Shown piece by piece: positions 39,046 to 49,454 of a stretch of DNA of 64,000 nt. Within the stretch, counting starts at the first letter, position 1; the number at the start of each line of letters is the position of its first letter. A program made the translations under genes and the position numbers. Below the pieces are notes generated by a model. The model saw only the letters and a list, made by a program, of their open reading frames with translations, had not been told where the DNA came from and did no database searches. Source of the stretch: Candidatus Heimdallarchaeota archaeon (GTDB lineage Archaea; Asgardarchaeota; Heimdallarchaeia; Hodarchaeales; Hodarchaeaceae); the NCBI GenBank assembly GCA_020353515.1, contig CP070695.1, forward strand, positions 2,514,055 to 2,578,054. The letters run 5' to 3'.

Positions 39046-40464
39046 ATGGTTAAGACACTTATCAATAAAAAACGACAAGCTATCATAGGGATTGACAGAG
39101 ATATTTGGTATAAGTATGTTCACAATCCCGATAACCGACCTATCATTGAGAGTTTGTCAAACGGACCATTAATAATTGATGAAATCCACAGTGATTACAA
39201 TAAAAATGAAAGAATCCAAAAATCTATCAGTTCAATTTATCGATACTTAAATGACTTACTAGATGAGAAAATTATCATCAAAGCTGGTCGGCTTTTTCAA
39301 TCTCCTCACACATCCTCAAAAGTTCTTTATGATCTATCAGCAGAAATAATTATCCCTGAACGTCCGGAAATCAAAATATGGTCCTCAGATGATAATAGGG
39401 AGAAATTAGCCCTATGCATTGGAACCATTTTGGATAGACATTTCCACCATAAAAGACCTTCAGTCCAACTATTAGAAGATATTTTTTATCGATTTGAGAC
39501 AGAACGATATCAAGGTCTAAGAAATGCGCTTAATGAGTTAGTAAAAAACTCAAAGTCAGACGAGGATAAAAAAGAGCTCATCAAGATAATTAACACTTCA
39601 GATCCATATATAACAGCTCAATCCTTGGAACTATTTTCCCTTATTCATTGGATTATGCAAAAAAAGGACCTAAATTGTATTCTTGAGAAATTAACAGCAT
39701 GCTATCTTGATACAAACTCATCTGGGGATACTCGTAATTCCATCAATGAAAATCAAAATTCATCATCTTCAGATTTTTCTTATTCTGATTATGTTGAATA
39801 CACTCCAATATTGGTACAAACTCTTGATGAAGTAACATGGGAAACGCTCGTCTGGAATTATAATCATAGGGCTATTCTGTTATTATTGAGAAAACCAATG
39901 ACACTTAATGAGATCCACAAGGAACATCATAACGCAGTTTTGACAAGGATAGAGGAAGATAAAAAAGTTGGAAAGAAAATTACTAATATTCCGCGTAGAA
40001 AGAAAAAGAGTACGATCTATAATTATTTACAGATTATGAAGGATGGAGGACTCATTGTTGAGGCAGGCCGTCGGATACGGGAAGGAAAAGCTCTTACAGA
40101 GATACTATATGTTAGAAAAGCCCTTTATGTCTCTAAAGAAAAGGCAATAAAGGATTTCAAGTCAAAAAACTGGAATAAAATTATCGAATTGGTTGGCTCA
40201 CTGTTAGTCCACGCAAATGCCAAAAAGGATTACGATCATCTAAAATTCCGAGACCTAATAACTAATATGGAAAAATTCAAGGCAAACCTGTTTACAAAAG
40301 AATATATACAAGTGATTACTAATCCTCCGACTGATGTGACAGCAAATTTTGAATTTGAACAGCATAACGCATTTTTCGAGGCAGTAAGGTTGCTTGAATG
40401 GTTTTTGGCTTTAGAAGACAGAAAATTATTCCTTAACCAGCTTTTAAATTGTTTTTCAGATTAG
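39046..40464 (+). CDS. tandem winged-helix domain protein (putative regulator)
   Basis: Two similar halves: SIYRYLNDL...AGR...LY and TIYNYLQIM...AGRR...LY. Confidence 0.7.
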   Translation: MVKTLINKKRQAIIGIDRDIWYKYVHNPDNRPIIESLSNGPLIIDEIHSDYNKNERIQKSISSIYRYLNDLLDEKIIIKAGRLFQSPHTSSKVLYDLSAEIIIPERPEIKIWSSDDNREKLALCIGTILDRHFHHKRPSVQLLEDIFYRFETERYQGLRNALNELVKNSKSDEDKKELIKIINTSDPYITAQSLELFSLIHWIMQKKDLNCILEKLTACYLDTNSSGDTRNSINENQNSSSSDFSYSDYVEYTPILVQTLDEVTWETLVWNYNHRAILLLLRKPMTLNEIHKEHHNAVLTRIEEDKKVGKKITNIPRRKKKSTIYNYLQIMKDGGLIVEAGRRIREGKALTEILYVRKALYVSKEKAIKDFKSKNWNKIIELVGSLLVHANAKKDYDHLKFRDLITNMEKFKANLFTKEYIQVITNPPTDVTANFEFEQHNAFFEAVRLLEWFLALEDRKLFLNQLLNCFSD

Positions 40465-40567
40465 TAGGAAAAAATTCCTCTAATTGTATCATTGGGTGTG
40501 AACTAAGAGGGATTGATTAATTCAAACTCAATTAGAAGGGCATCATAGATATTTTGGTGAAATAGAC

Positions 40568-40882
40568 ATGTATGATTGTAAAATAACTGTAATAAAAAGA
40601 ACGATAAATGAAGATATTATTCGTGACTATCTCAAAGATGAATATCAAGAAGAAAAGGCGTGTGAACGTTTTAAAGACGGTCAAGAGTTCATGGTTACCA
40701 AAAAAAATAGGTATAAACCTCCAGAGGGGTTCTGTGAATGGGCCTGGGGTGATATACGCCATGATCTCCTCACACTCGTTTATGGAGGGACGATTCCTCA
40801 TATGAAGGATGAACATGCCAATATTGTGGGTTGTACTGATTGGTTTCGTCCTGTTATCTTTAAAATTGAAAGAGTCGACTAA
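40568..40882 (+). CDS. TIGR04076 family protein
   Basis: CERFKDGQEF, PEGFCEWAW, CTDWFRPVIFKIER. Confidence 0.88.
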   Translation: MYDCKITVIKRTINEDIIRDYLKDEYQEEKACERFKDGQEFMVTKKNRYKPPEGFCEWAWGDIRHDLLTLVYGGTIPHMKDEHANIVGCTDWFRPVIFKIERVD

Positions 40883-41222
40883 ATAAAGAGATATACATCT
40901 CTTTCAATAGATTATTCCTCGGTTCTGAATAATAAGAGTACCGATTATTAGGATGGTTTACGCGTAAGGTAAGTTCTTCAAATTAACCATACCTACCTAT
41001 ATTTCTCCAACTCCAAGGAAACGAGCATCTGCGATTCGTTTTAATTTCACACTTCTAATACTTACAGTTGTCACTGTTCTATTTAGGAAATATCGTCCAA
41101 GAACGAGGTAGTTCACCTTTACTTCCCTTTTTATTTCTACGATATTCAAAGAGATTAAAAAAATATATACTGGGTCAAAGCTTTCACTTGTCCTAGCAAA
41201 CGAAAATGGGAGTTATGAGATA

Positions 41223-41984
41223 ATGGCATTGAACCAAATATTATCATATAACATCCTACTACATGTTATTTTTAGTTCTATTTCTGGATTATTACTTTGT
41301 GTTGCCGGAGGAGTTGTTTTATCCCGTGATAGAAGTGCACGTTTGAATAAAATGTTTTTAGGCTTTTTTACAGGCATAGGTTTACATCAAGTATTTGACG
41401 GGATTATGACATACTTCCTTTTCGGGTTGGAAGATATCAATAATGCAAATATTGTTAGAGAACTATCCATTGTAACATTGATTCTAGGATTGAGTTTTGG
41501 ATCGTTGGTCGCTTTAAACCTCTACTATAAAGAAACTCTCTTTACATCTACAAAATTATTAATCTGGGGGTCGTTAACAGTTTTACTGATAATTTTTGGG
41601 ATCTTTGGTGATTATGTAACCCTTGTTGAGACGGGAGGATATGGTTACGGAGACCATGAACCTGGTAAAATTCGTGAGCTATTTGGCTGGATTGGGATAA
41701 CTGGATCCATTCTGATCTTTTCAGGGATTATTGTTGTATTCTTGTTTCTACTCATAAGAGAGGTTGTAGATACTAGAGTTCAGAGGAAAATTATTGGAAT
41801 AACTGTAGGCTTTATTCTGATCAATTTAGTTGTGTTTTTCTTCGATATCTCATTTGCTTTTGCACCATTCAGTGCAGTGATAGCACAACCAATCTTACAT
41901 TTCTTGATACATTTGATAGCTCTGCTTGGTGTAATAATCACCATTACTGTCCTATGGTCTCCAATGTCTTCGGCATCTTCTTAA
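41223..41984 (+). CDS. stand-alone 7-TM membrane protein (HisKA_7TM-like sensor)
   Basis: 7 hydrophobic segments; VLSRDRSARLNKMF loop after TM1. Confidence 0.55.
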   Translation: MALNQILSYNILLHVIFSSISGLLLCVAGGVVLSRDRSARLNKMFLGFFTGIGLHQVFDGIMTYFLFGLEDINNANIVRELSIVTLILGLSFGSLVALNLYYKETLFTSTKLLIWGSLTVLLIIFGIFGDYVTLVETGGYGYGDHEPGKIRELFGWIGITGSILIFSGIIVVFLFLLIREVVDTRVQRKIIGITVGFILINLVVFFFDISFAFAPFSAVIAQPILHFLIHLIALLGVIITITVLWSPMSSASS

Positions 41985-42664
41985 AACCCAAAGATTTTGG
42001 CACTCTTCATCGTTCGCTCGAGGTACTTAATCAATTTCATCAGTGGTTCTTTAAGCGATTGATGAACATATCCTGAATCAAGAAAAGTCCGTAATACGTC
42101 AATCTTTTGTTGGATGAATTCAGGATCCTTTGCAGTTAATCCCTCACCAAATATTCCCTCTGCGACTGCTTTGGGAGTCGTCTTTTTATCTCGAAGTTGC
42201 TCCATAATATCTTTAATGAACGTCAGTTCTTCTGCAGAGCTAACCACCCCATCTAACTGTACCCCAAAACGTAGAAGAATAGAATTCATCAGTTGATCGA
42301 CTTCATCCGTTTCTTCATCCTGTAAGGGGAAAATTGTACGCGTTTCCATATTTAGAGAAAGTTGAATGAAATTGGGGGAATTACTAAGATGATTGAAGAA
42401 ATTCTCTACTATCTCTTGATCTATATCACTTTTTAAACCTAAAACAAAGATCAAGAAATTAAAACGATTAAAATAGAAGAGCATGTCTTGTAATCCAATA
42501 GTTGACAATTCTGATCCTAACTCTTTTGAAAAGGCAAGAATCGCAGCAATAAATCCTGAAAAGAGATTTTCATCTACAGTTTCTTGAATGAAAGACTTCT
42601 TGTAGACTATAAGTCCACTTGGATGGATCATAATTAACGAATGAAGAGGAAATTCAATTGACAA
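41981..42664 (-). CDS. longin-like domain protein with a C-terminal helical extension
   Basis: MIHPSGLIVY, DENLFSGFIAAILAFSKEL pattern typical of Asgard longins. Confidence 0.72.
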   Translation of the reverse strand: MSIEFPLHSLIMIHPSGLIVYKKSFIQETVDENLFSGFIAAILAFSKELGSELSTIGLQDMLFYFNRFNFLIFVLGLKSDIDQEIVENFFNHLSNSPNFIQLSLNMETRTIFPLQDEETDEVDQLMNSILLRFGVQLDGVVSSAEELTFIKDIMEQLRDKKTTPKAVAEGIFGEGLTAKDPEFIQQKIDVLRTFLDSGYVHQSLKEPLMKLIKYLERTMKSAKIFGF

Positions 42665-42812
42665 TTCTTACACTCCACGAAGTCTACTCCGAGGGAATCC
42701 TTTCCTTGATATTTTAATGATGTTAGAGGGAACACAACAATATTACAAGAACTCGTTAAACAATCAGTAGATCACATGAGAAAACAATCCTTAAGTGCTC
42801 TTACTCACTGAT

Positions 42813-44573
42813 TTACTCGTTTAACTCCTCCTTTCTTAAAACACGTCTCAAAATTTTACCAACTTGGCTCAGTGGCAGCTCATCACGGAATTCAACAGCT
42901 TTAGGTCGTTTATAACCCGCCATACGACCCCTACACCACTCAATGAATTCTTCTTCAGTTGCAGTTACTCCTTCTTTTAAGACGATATACGCCTTTACAT
43001 ACTCATTACTTGGATCATCCTCACGAGGTAATCCAATAATAGCCGCAAGTTGAACCTTAGGGTGTTCATAAAGCTTATCTTCAATTTCACGGGGGTACGC
43101 TTTAAGCCCAGAGACATTAATCATATCCTTTTTCCGATCAGTAATGACAGTAAACCCTTCTTCGTCCAAGTGCCCAATATCACCAGTTAAGAAGAAATTT
43201 TTACCTTCAATTTCACGAAAAACTTGCTCTGTTTGCTCAGGTCTATTCCAATACCCTTTGAAGATTTGTGGCCCTGCAAGTGCGATTTCTCCATCTTTTC
43301 CAATTGGCATTTCTTTCGTACCAGTATCTAAGTCCACAATTTTGACAAAAGTATCTGGAATCGGTAAACCCACTGTACCAAACTTTCTTGTGTCCTTATT
43401 AGTAGGATTGGCATGGGTTTGAGGAGAAGTTTCTGTCAGGCCATATCCTTCAAAAACAATTGCACCTGTTACTTCTTCAAACTTCCTCGCCAGCTCAGGT
43501 GGGAGGGGAGCAGCCCCAGAACCACAAGCGTTTAAAGAACTCAAATCATATTTATGCACATCAGGATGATTTGCAATCGCTGCATACATGGTTGGGACAG
43601 CGTGTAAAACTGTTCCCTTATACTCGTGAATTGCTTGGAGGACAACAGTAAGAGGAGGATCACCAGCCCGAGGATCAGGAATAACGATTACTTTACTTGC
43701 GATATGAACCGCGACAAGCATCGTAAGGGTTAACCCATAGGAATGATACCACGGAAGGGCACCAATTAAAACTTCTTCTCCGTATCTATAACGCAGAGGT
43801 TCATCAATGAACTCTTCAGTAAAGAGTTGGACATACTCATCATGCTGAAGAATATTACAATAGAGATTACGATGGGAAAGCATTGCTCCCTTAGGAGTAC
43901 CAGTTGTACCACCAGTGTAGAGGATGAGTGCTAATTCTTTGTCAGGATCCAGTTCGATTTTGGGAGGGATTGGGTCACTTGTTGAAATAATCTCATCAAA
44001 AAATGTTGTGATGTCTTCGCGATAATAGGGACTTTTGGGGATTTTTCCGAATATTCCTCCTAGAATTGTTTTCTTCTTAGGCAAATATTGCTTTACACTA
44101 CAAACGACAACTTCTTCAATCTTAGTATCTTTAACTGCATCATATGCTATGGGTGTGAAGTTCTCATCATCCATACAAAAAAGTATTTTGGCACCCGTAT
44201 CCATTAATTGGAAATGTAGCTCCGAAGCCTTGTACATCGGGTTACAGGTCACTGCTACTGCCCCTGCTTTTAAAATACCAAAGAAAATGATGGGATAGTG
44301 TGGTAAATTCGGTAGGAAGATTGCGATACGATCCCCTTTTGTAATTCCTTTATTAGCTAAATAGTTAGCTATCCGATCTGCCTTTTCTTTAACTTCCGAA
44401 AAAGTTAAATGCATTCCTTCAAAGATAGTATAAGTATTAGATCCACTTTTTGCTGCAGTTCTATCAAGCAGCTTAAATAAGGGGTCATTAGGGTACTTGT
44501 CTTCTAGGGTCTTCTTTACAGTCTTAGGCCATTTTTTGCTTTTGTGCCAAATCATTTCTTCCATTAGTATCAT
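42813..44573 (-). CDS. fadD: long-chain fatty acid--CoA ligase
   Basis: YTGGTTGTPKG, EGYGLTE, TGDIG, DRKKDMI, GKILRR. Confidence 0.92.
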   Translation of the reverse strand: MILMEEMIWHKSKKWPKTVKKTLEDKYPNDPLFKLLDRTAAKSGSNTYTIFEGMHLTFSEVKEKADRIANYLANKGITKGDRIAIFLPNLPHYPIIFFGILKAGAVAVTCNPMYKASELHFQLMDTGAKILFCMDDENFTPIAYDAVKDTKIEEVVVCSVKQYLPKKKTILGGIFGKIPKSPYYREDITTFFDEIISTSDPIPPKIELDPDKELALILYTGGTTGTPKGAMLSHRNLYCNILQHDEYVQLFTEEFIDEPLRYRYGEEVLIGALPWYHSYGLTLTMLVAVHIASKVIVIPDPRAGDPPLTVVLQAIHEYKGTVLHAVPTMYAAIANHPDVHKYDLSSLNACGSGAAPLPPELARKFEEVTGAIVFEGYGLTETSPQTHANPTNKDTRKFGTVGLPIPDTFVKIVDLDTGTKEMPIGKDGEIALAGPQIFKGYWNRPEQTEQVFREIEGKNFFLTGDIGHLDEEGFTVITDRKKDMINVSGLKAYPREIEDKLYEHPKVQLAAIIGLPREDDPSNEYVKAYIVLKEGVTATEEEFIEWCRGRMAGYKRPKAVEFRDELPLSQVGKILRRVLRKEELNE

Positions 44574-44691
44574 CTTCCTAGGAAATCACTTTGTTAGCTA
44601 CTCTTCCCTAAATAAACGTGTAAAGCTTTTTTCAATGTTGTTCTTCTTTTAGGATAATTATATCCAAAATTTGCACATCGTTTTATAAAGA

Positions 44692-45396
44692 GTGAAAACA
44701 AATTTATCCGCGATGGGAAACAGTAATTTCATTCTATCAATGTTACTTAGGTTAATCATTGGTTTAACACTTTTCTCTGTTCTATTATTTCTGCCAGCTG
44801 GCACTTTCGATTGGCCTGAAGCCTGGGCGTTTATCATTATTCTCCTAACTTATGCAATCGCTCTTCACTTCCTCATTTTCAAAGATAATCCAACCGTACT
44901 CAAATCTAGACAACATTATAGACCAGTTTTCGGTGTGGATACACTCATCCTCCTAGTTGCTGGAGTATTTCTTATTATCATGTTTATCCTCATTGGACTT
45001 GATGTTGGTCAATTTCAATGGACTTCTCCTCCTGTACCATCATTATTCAAATATCTCGGTTTTTCAACATTAATTTGCTCATTAATCCTGTTTATGCTAG
45101 TGTTAAAAGAAAATACTTACTTATCACGGGTAATTGAAGTCCAAGAAAAACAAACACTAATTTCAACAGGTCCATATGCTTTTGTCCGCCATCCGATGTA
45201 TCTCGGGAATGTCTTGTTTGTACTGAGCTTACCCATTGCCCTGGGCTCGTATGTGGCGTTAATCCCAGCGGTATTATTTCTAGTTTGTTTTATCCCTAGA
45301 ATTCTGTTTGAAGAGAAGATACTCATCAAAGAATTGAAGGGCTACCAAGAGTATATGCAAAAAGTACGTTATCGAGTAATACCAAAAATTTGGTAA
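44692..45396 (+). CDS. isoprenylcysteine carboxyl methyltransferase (ICMT/PEMT) family protein
   Basis: GPYAFVRHPMY, EEKILIKELKGY, VRYRVIP. Confidence 0.88.
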   Translation: MKTNLSAMGNSNFILSMLLRLIIGLTLFSVLLFLPAGTFDWPEAWAFIIILLTYAIALHFLIFKDNPTVLKSRQHYRPVFGVDTLILLVAGVFLIIMFILIGLDVGQFQWTSPPVPSLFKYLGFSTLICSLILFMLVLKENTYLSRVIEVQEKQTLISTGPYAFVRHPMYLGNVLFVLSLPIALGSYVALIPAVLFLVCFIPRILFEEKILIKELKGYQEYMQKVRYRVIPKIW

Positions 45397-45560
45397 ATAT
45401 TTAAGGATAAGAAGTAAACTAAGAAAGCCATTAGATTAGTTCGGAAGTAAGTTGCATAGATAGTGGGAATAATAATCACTATTGCGGAAGCAAGTCTAAA
45501 CGATTAATTAAAATTAGTAAATCTCTTAAAGCGTTATATTCATTGCTTGGATGAGTCTAA

Positions 45561-47108
45561 ATGGATAAATCTCTGAGTATCGTTCTAATCTTATGTCTTA
45601 TCTATTCAAATATAAATTTAATAACTCCGATTTTTAATTGCAGAGATTTTCAAATAGTAGCAACTGATAATGGTTTCTCATCTACCAACATCAATTTTAA
45701 AGGTACTGATATCAATTCAAACATTACATTCTCTGGTTTCTACGATTTCCTCACACAGTACAACAACTCAACAGAATTAGAAAAACCTACAATAATAGCT
45801 AATTACATTTCTTGGCAAGAAACCGATGGTGGTGGGTTCCCAGCAATTCAGAATGATTCTCATGTTGTTTTTATTTATTATAACTCAACAGCATTAATAG
45901 AATCCTGTGCGATCGTCGGGGATTTTTCTGCTTACAATGCAATCAATATGACCAAATTAGACCCAAATTATTCTTTTTTCTATTATTCCCTTTCTAATAA
46001 TGTTTTACAGTTTCCTCACACATCTTTTAATTTCATGGTTGAACCAACAACTCGTATCGATTATTTCTTTATAATAAATGGAGAAGATGTGTGGCTGACA
46101 GATCCACGAAATCATCGTCAATCACCTTATACTTTCGGTCAAAATGCCTCTGAATTAGCAATGCCTCTCTTTCAACAACCTCTTGAGATTATTCATCATC
46201 CAGATATTCCACATGGAACTCTTACAACTCTTCAAACACCTTGGCATAATCCAAATGTCCAAGTTTACCTTCCCCCCGGTTATGATCCTTATGGAAGTTA
46301 CCCCACGATGTACACTGGTGATGGGTCTTATTATATCACCTTAATGTCAGCGATAGATATTCTAGATAATATGATAGCTGATCAACGGATCACACCATTA
46401 ATCGCAGTCTTTATTGACCATAAAGATGCTGACCCTAATGATCCAAACAATATTTTTTCTCGTATTGACTGGTACAATTGTAATCCTGAATATTTGACCT
46501 ATCTAGATAGCTTAGTGACTTATATTGATGAAAATTATGCCACAATTCCTTCACCATATGCCCGATTACATCTAGGACTCTCAATAAGCGCTCTTGCTTC
46601 AGCTTATGTGATTCTAGAACGGCCAAAAACATTTAAATTATTAGCATCTCAATCTGGCAGTTATTCTAAAGGAGAAGACTCATACGAAATAATGACTAAG
46701 TATACACATGCTCCTGGATCTTTGGATTTGAAAACTTGGTTCTCAGTTGGTACTTATGAAAACAATAATAACTTCAATACTCCAATGGTAGATGATACAA
46801 AAAATATGGTTTCAATCTGTACCGCCAAAGGATGGCATACTGAAACTATTTATAATCCTGAATGTCACAGTTTTGGTGCTTGGAGACATATCTTGGATGA
46901 TATGTTGGAGTATTTCTTTTCAGAGCCAATAACTAAACTACCAACTAGTTCACAAATGCAAACCACAGTAGATACCTCAGTAACTCAGATAACAACATCA
47001 ACCTCAATCATTCAAGAAAGCACAATCTTCCCATTTATTTTTGTCTTGTTACCACTAATAGTTTTAATCTACTCCCGTAAAAGAAATAAGGAACGGGAAA
47101 TTTCTTAA
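45561..47108 (+). CDS. secreted, C-anchored Fes/enterochelin-esterase-like alpha/beta hydrolase with an N-terminal beta-sandwich
   Basis: IVGDFS, DPRN, VYLPPGY, GLSIS nucleophile elbow, HSFGAW; S/T linker, TM, basic tail. Confidence 0.8.
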   Translation: MDKSLSIVLILCLIYSNINLITPIFNCRDFQIVATDNGFSSTNINFKGTDINSNITFSGFYDFLTQYNNSTELEKPTIIANYISWQETDGGGFPAIQNDSHVVFIYYNSTALIESCAIVGDFSAYNAINMTKLDPNYSFFYYSLSNNVLQFPHTSFNFMVEPTTRIDYFFIINGEDVWLTDPRNHRQSPYTFGQNASELAMPLFQQPLEIIHHPDIPHGTLTTLQTPWHNPNVQVYLPPGYDPYGSYPTMYTGDGSYYITLMSAIDILDNMIADQRITPLIAVFIDHKDADPNDPNNIFSRIDWYNCNPEYLTYLDSLVTYIDENYATIPSPYARLHLGLSISALASAYVILERPKTFKLLASQSGSYSKGEDSYEIMTKYTHAPGSLDLKTWFSVGTYENNNNFNTPMVDDTKNMVSICTAKGWHTETIYNPECHSFGAWRHILDDMLEYFFSEPITKLPTSSQMQTTVDTSVTQITTSTSIIQESTIFPFIFVLLPLIVLIYSRKRNKEREIS

Positions 47109-47137
47109 GATCAAATAGTGGATAAAGAACTGTTCTT

Positions 47138-47794
47138 TCAAACCTCACCTAGGACATCCTCAGGTCGAGAACAGTAATCTTGTACTTTTTCATAGAATCG
47201 ACCCATATGGATACCATCCATGAGCGCATGATGCCCTTGGACACTCAAGGGTAACTTCAGTAATCCCCCTTCCTCAAACATTTTTCCCCAAGCAAACCGT
47301 GGTATTGAATCTGTAGGATGGAACTGCATTGGGTGTATAAAACTTGTGAACGATACCCAAGGGATTGTGCTCATAAACAAATAATCGTCTCTTTCAGGAT
47401 CATTAGCTAACTCCAAATGCTTTTTCACTTTAGCCATGTGTTCTGCAGCTCTTGCTGCAAACACTGGGAATTCCTCCGTGTAGTCAACCGTACAGAAGCT
47501 AAAGATATCGTCATCCACTAGTATTGTAAAACTTGGGTTAACAATCTCATGTTCAACCACCTGATCCACCCGAATGCGATAACGGAACTCAGGAATCGCA
47601 TTCGAAGCTCGGGAGATCACGTAAACGATAGCTAACGTAAAGGAAAGACCTCGTTGTTTTACATCAGAATTGAATGCCGTCAGGTCGATATTTGCAGACA
47701 TGCTGAAGTGGGGATGATTGAAAGAGTTAAACATTCTAAAATGGTCACGACGAGACCAAGTCTGCATATCAATATACCGCATATTTTTCACCAA
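47138..47794 (-). CDS. cat: CatA-like (type A chloramphenicol) O-acetyltransferase
   Basis: WSRRDHF, EFRYR, STIPWVSFTS, IPRFAWGK, HHALMDG. Confidence 0.88.
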   Translation of the reverse strand: MVKNMRYIDMQTWSRRDHFRMFNSFNHPHFSMSANIDLTAFNSDVKQRGLSFTLAIVYVISRASNAIPEFRYRIRVDQVVEHEIVNPSFTILVDDDIFSFCTVDYTEEFPVFAARAAEHMAKVKKHLELANDPERDDYLFMSTIPWVSFTSFIHPMQFHPTDSIPRFAWGKMFEEGGLLKLPLSVQGHHALMDGIHMGRFYEKVQDYCSRPEDVLGEV

Positions 47795-47811
47795 ATTCGC
47801 TTGTTTTCCGT

Positions 47812-48308
47812 TTAAAGATAATTTTTCTCAGAAGTTTTCTCAATCCAATCAAGAATAGTGGGGAGAAGTACTGGAATAAATTCCTTCTTCTTCATTGACT
47901 CTGCAGTGGTAAATTCATGATCTGATTTGAGTGAATTCGTTTATCCTTTTATAAAGACTTCACAGCAGCTATTGCCTCATCAGCAAGATCATAAAAGGTA
48001 AATTGAGACCAATCAACAGGAGAAGAATTCCCCGTACCCCGATCATCGTACCTTAAAACAGCAATTCCATGATTTGCGAGATAAGATGAGATGATACGAA
48101 ATTTTTTTAGTCCCCGTTCTTCATAATCACGCAAACATAGCCCATAACCACTGAGTAAGATCACCGCCTGAAATTTTCCAGTTTTTTGGGGGATTGATAA
48201 TGTTCCCGTTAGAGTAATGTCGTCAACTTGGAAGTTTACTTCCTCTTCGGAAAATAAGGGGGATTTATGTTCTTTCCAACTGAGAGACGATGATGTACAA
48301 TAACGCAT
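47812..48308 (-). pseudogene. alpha/beta hydrolase with an internal deletion and a premature stop
   Basis: N-part ...AVLRYDDRGTGNS...AVKSL*KDKRIHSNQI joins the C-part DHEFTT...ILDWI...* at GATC 47919-47922; Ser nucleophile region absent. Confidence 0.75.
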
Positions 48309-48351
48309 GACAGAGAGTCTTTTTATAACAGGAAATAGATTATATCCTCAT

Positions 48352-48540
48352 TTATTTTTCCAGTAAGTCTAAACCTGCAATACCTAAGCATGCCATTCCA
48401 AGTCCTAGTGGAAGGATCATGTTTATTGCTTGGTCAGGTTGGATTAAAGCAATAATTACGCTTACAACTCCCATTGTTATCGGAATCCCATAAAGGACAT
48501 AATAAATGATTTTCTCTATTGACAGGCCTTCGGATGACAT
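48352..48540 (-). CDS. small 2-TM protein
   Basis: 62 aa, ATG start. Confidence 0.6.
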   Translation of the reverse strand: MSSEGLSIEKIIYYVLYGIPITMGVVSVIIALIQPDQAINMILPLGLGMACLGIAGLDLLEK

Positions 48541-48902
48541 AGTTTTTTGTTTTTACCCTTTATAGTTAAAAATTTTTTACAAAGACTAGATTCAGAAAAT
48601 GAAAATTCTTTTAAAGGAAACTCAAGATCCAAAAGGATTGTATGTTTACCATTAACTACTTCAGTGATAAGCAAACAAGAACCTTCCTTTCCCAGTAGAA
48701 AAGCCATTCTCAGAGTTTAAATTGCATTAACCTCCATCACCAGCTCCTACAACTACCTCCTCAACCCCGATATCTCCAAGTACGACCACATCTCTAGACA
48801 CCTTCTAACATGTAATACTCCCAACAATAAAGGTTGAATTAGATTAGATTAAAAAGATAAGGGACAAAGTGGTTATTTAGACTGGAATCTGTGTGAAAAA
48901 AA

Positions 48903-49442
48903 GTGCCAACGAATAATCTTGCACCAGGTATGATATTTAACATTGCCATTCTTAGTTTTCTTGATAAACCTGTTGATCATATTATTCAAGCTTTTCTTCA
49001 AAAATATCCAGATAAGATTAAGAACCAAGAAACCGACGTTTCCTTAAATCTTGTATCTATTCTTTTTGAAACTGATCAAAAGATCTTTAAAATTAATCTG
49101 ATGCAACCTATAAGCCCATACTTAATTGATAAGCTTGCCAAAAGATATTATCAAGAGAAAGAAGGAGCTATTATTTTATTTTCAAAAAATCATGATTATT
49201 CCTTTAAAGCCGCTAAAACGTTTTACAAGAAACTCACAAAGGAAAATGAGGATTTTCCGATCCCCATCGCTTTTGTAGAGTTATTAGCAGTAGATGATTC
49301 GAGTCAACTAAACATTAAAGAACCTGAGATTCTAGAGGAGACTCCTCACGTTGCGTATTATGGGCTTACTGAAAATGCTGATGGTTTTGAATCGATACTT
49401 CAATTTATCATTCGAAATTATAATACAACTCTTCGACACTAA
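48903..49442 (+). CDS. degenerate Rab-like fold protein (pseudo-GTPase)
   Basis: YYQEKEGAIILFS...SF...IPIAFV matches the Rab scaffold, but G1, G3 and G4 motifs are absent. Confidence 0.6.
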   Translation: MPTNNLAPGMIFNIAILSFLDKPVDHIIQAFLQKYPDKIKNQETDVSLNLVSILFETDQKIFKINLMQPISPYLIDKLAKRYYQEKEGAIILFSKNHDYSFKAAKTFYKKLTKENEDFPIPIAFVELLAVDDSSQLNIKEPEILEETPHVAYYGLTENADGFESILQFIIRNYNTTLRH

Positions 49443-49454
49443 CTTCAGTTTATA

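Noticed and set aside
44692-45396. ICMT-like gene as a Rab prenyl-cysteine methylase
   Set aside because: The window's GTPases lack C-terminal Cys, and this family is widespread in prokaryotes
48731-48808. Plus-strand Pro/Ser/Thr-rich fragment PPSPAPTTTSSTPISPSTTTSLDTF*
   Set aside because: Possibly a surface-protein linker remnant, but no start or flanking domain supports it
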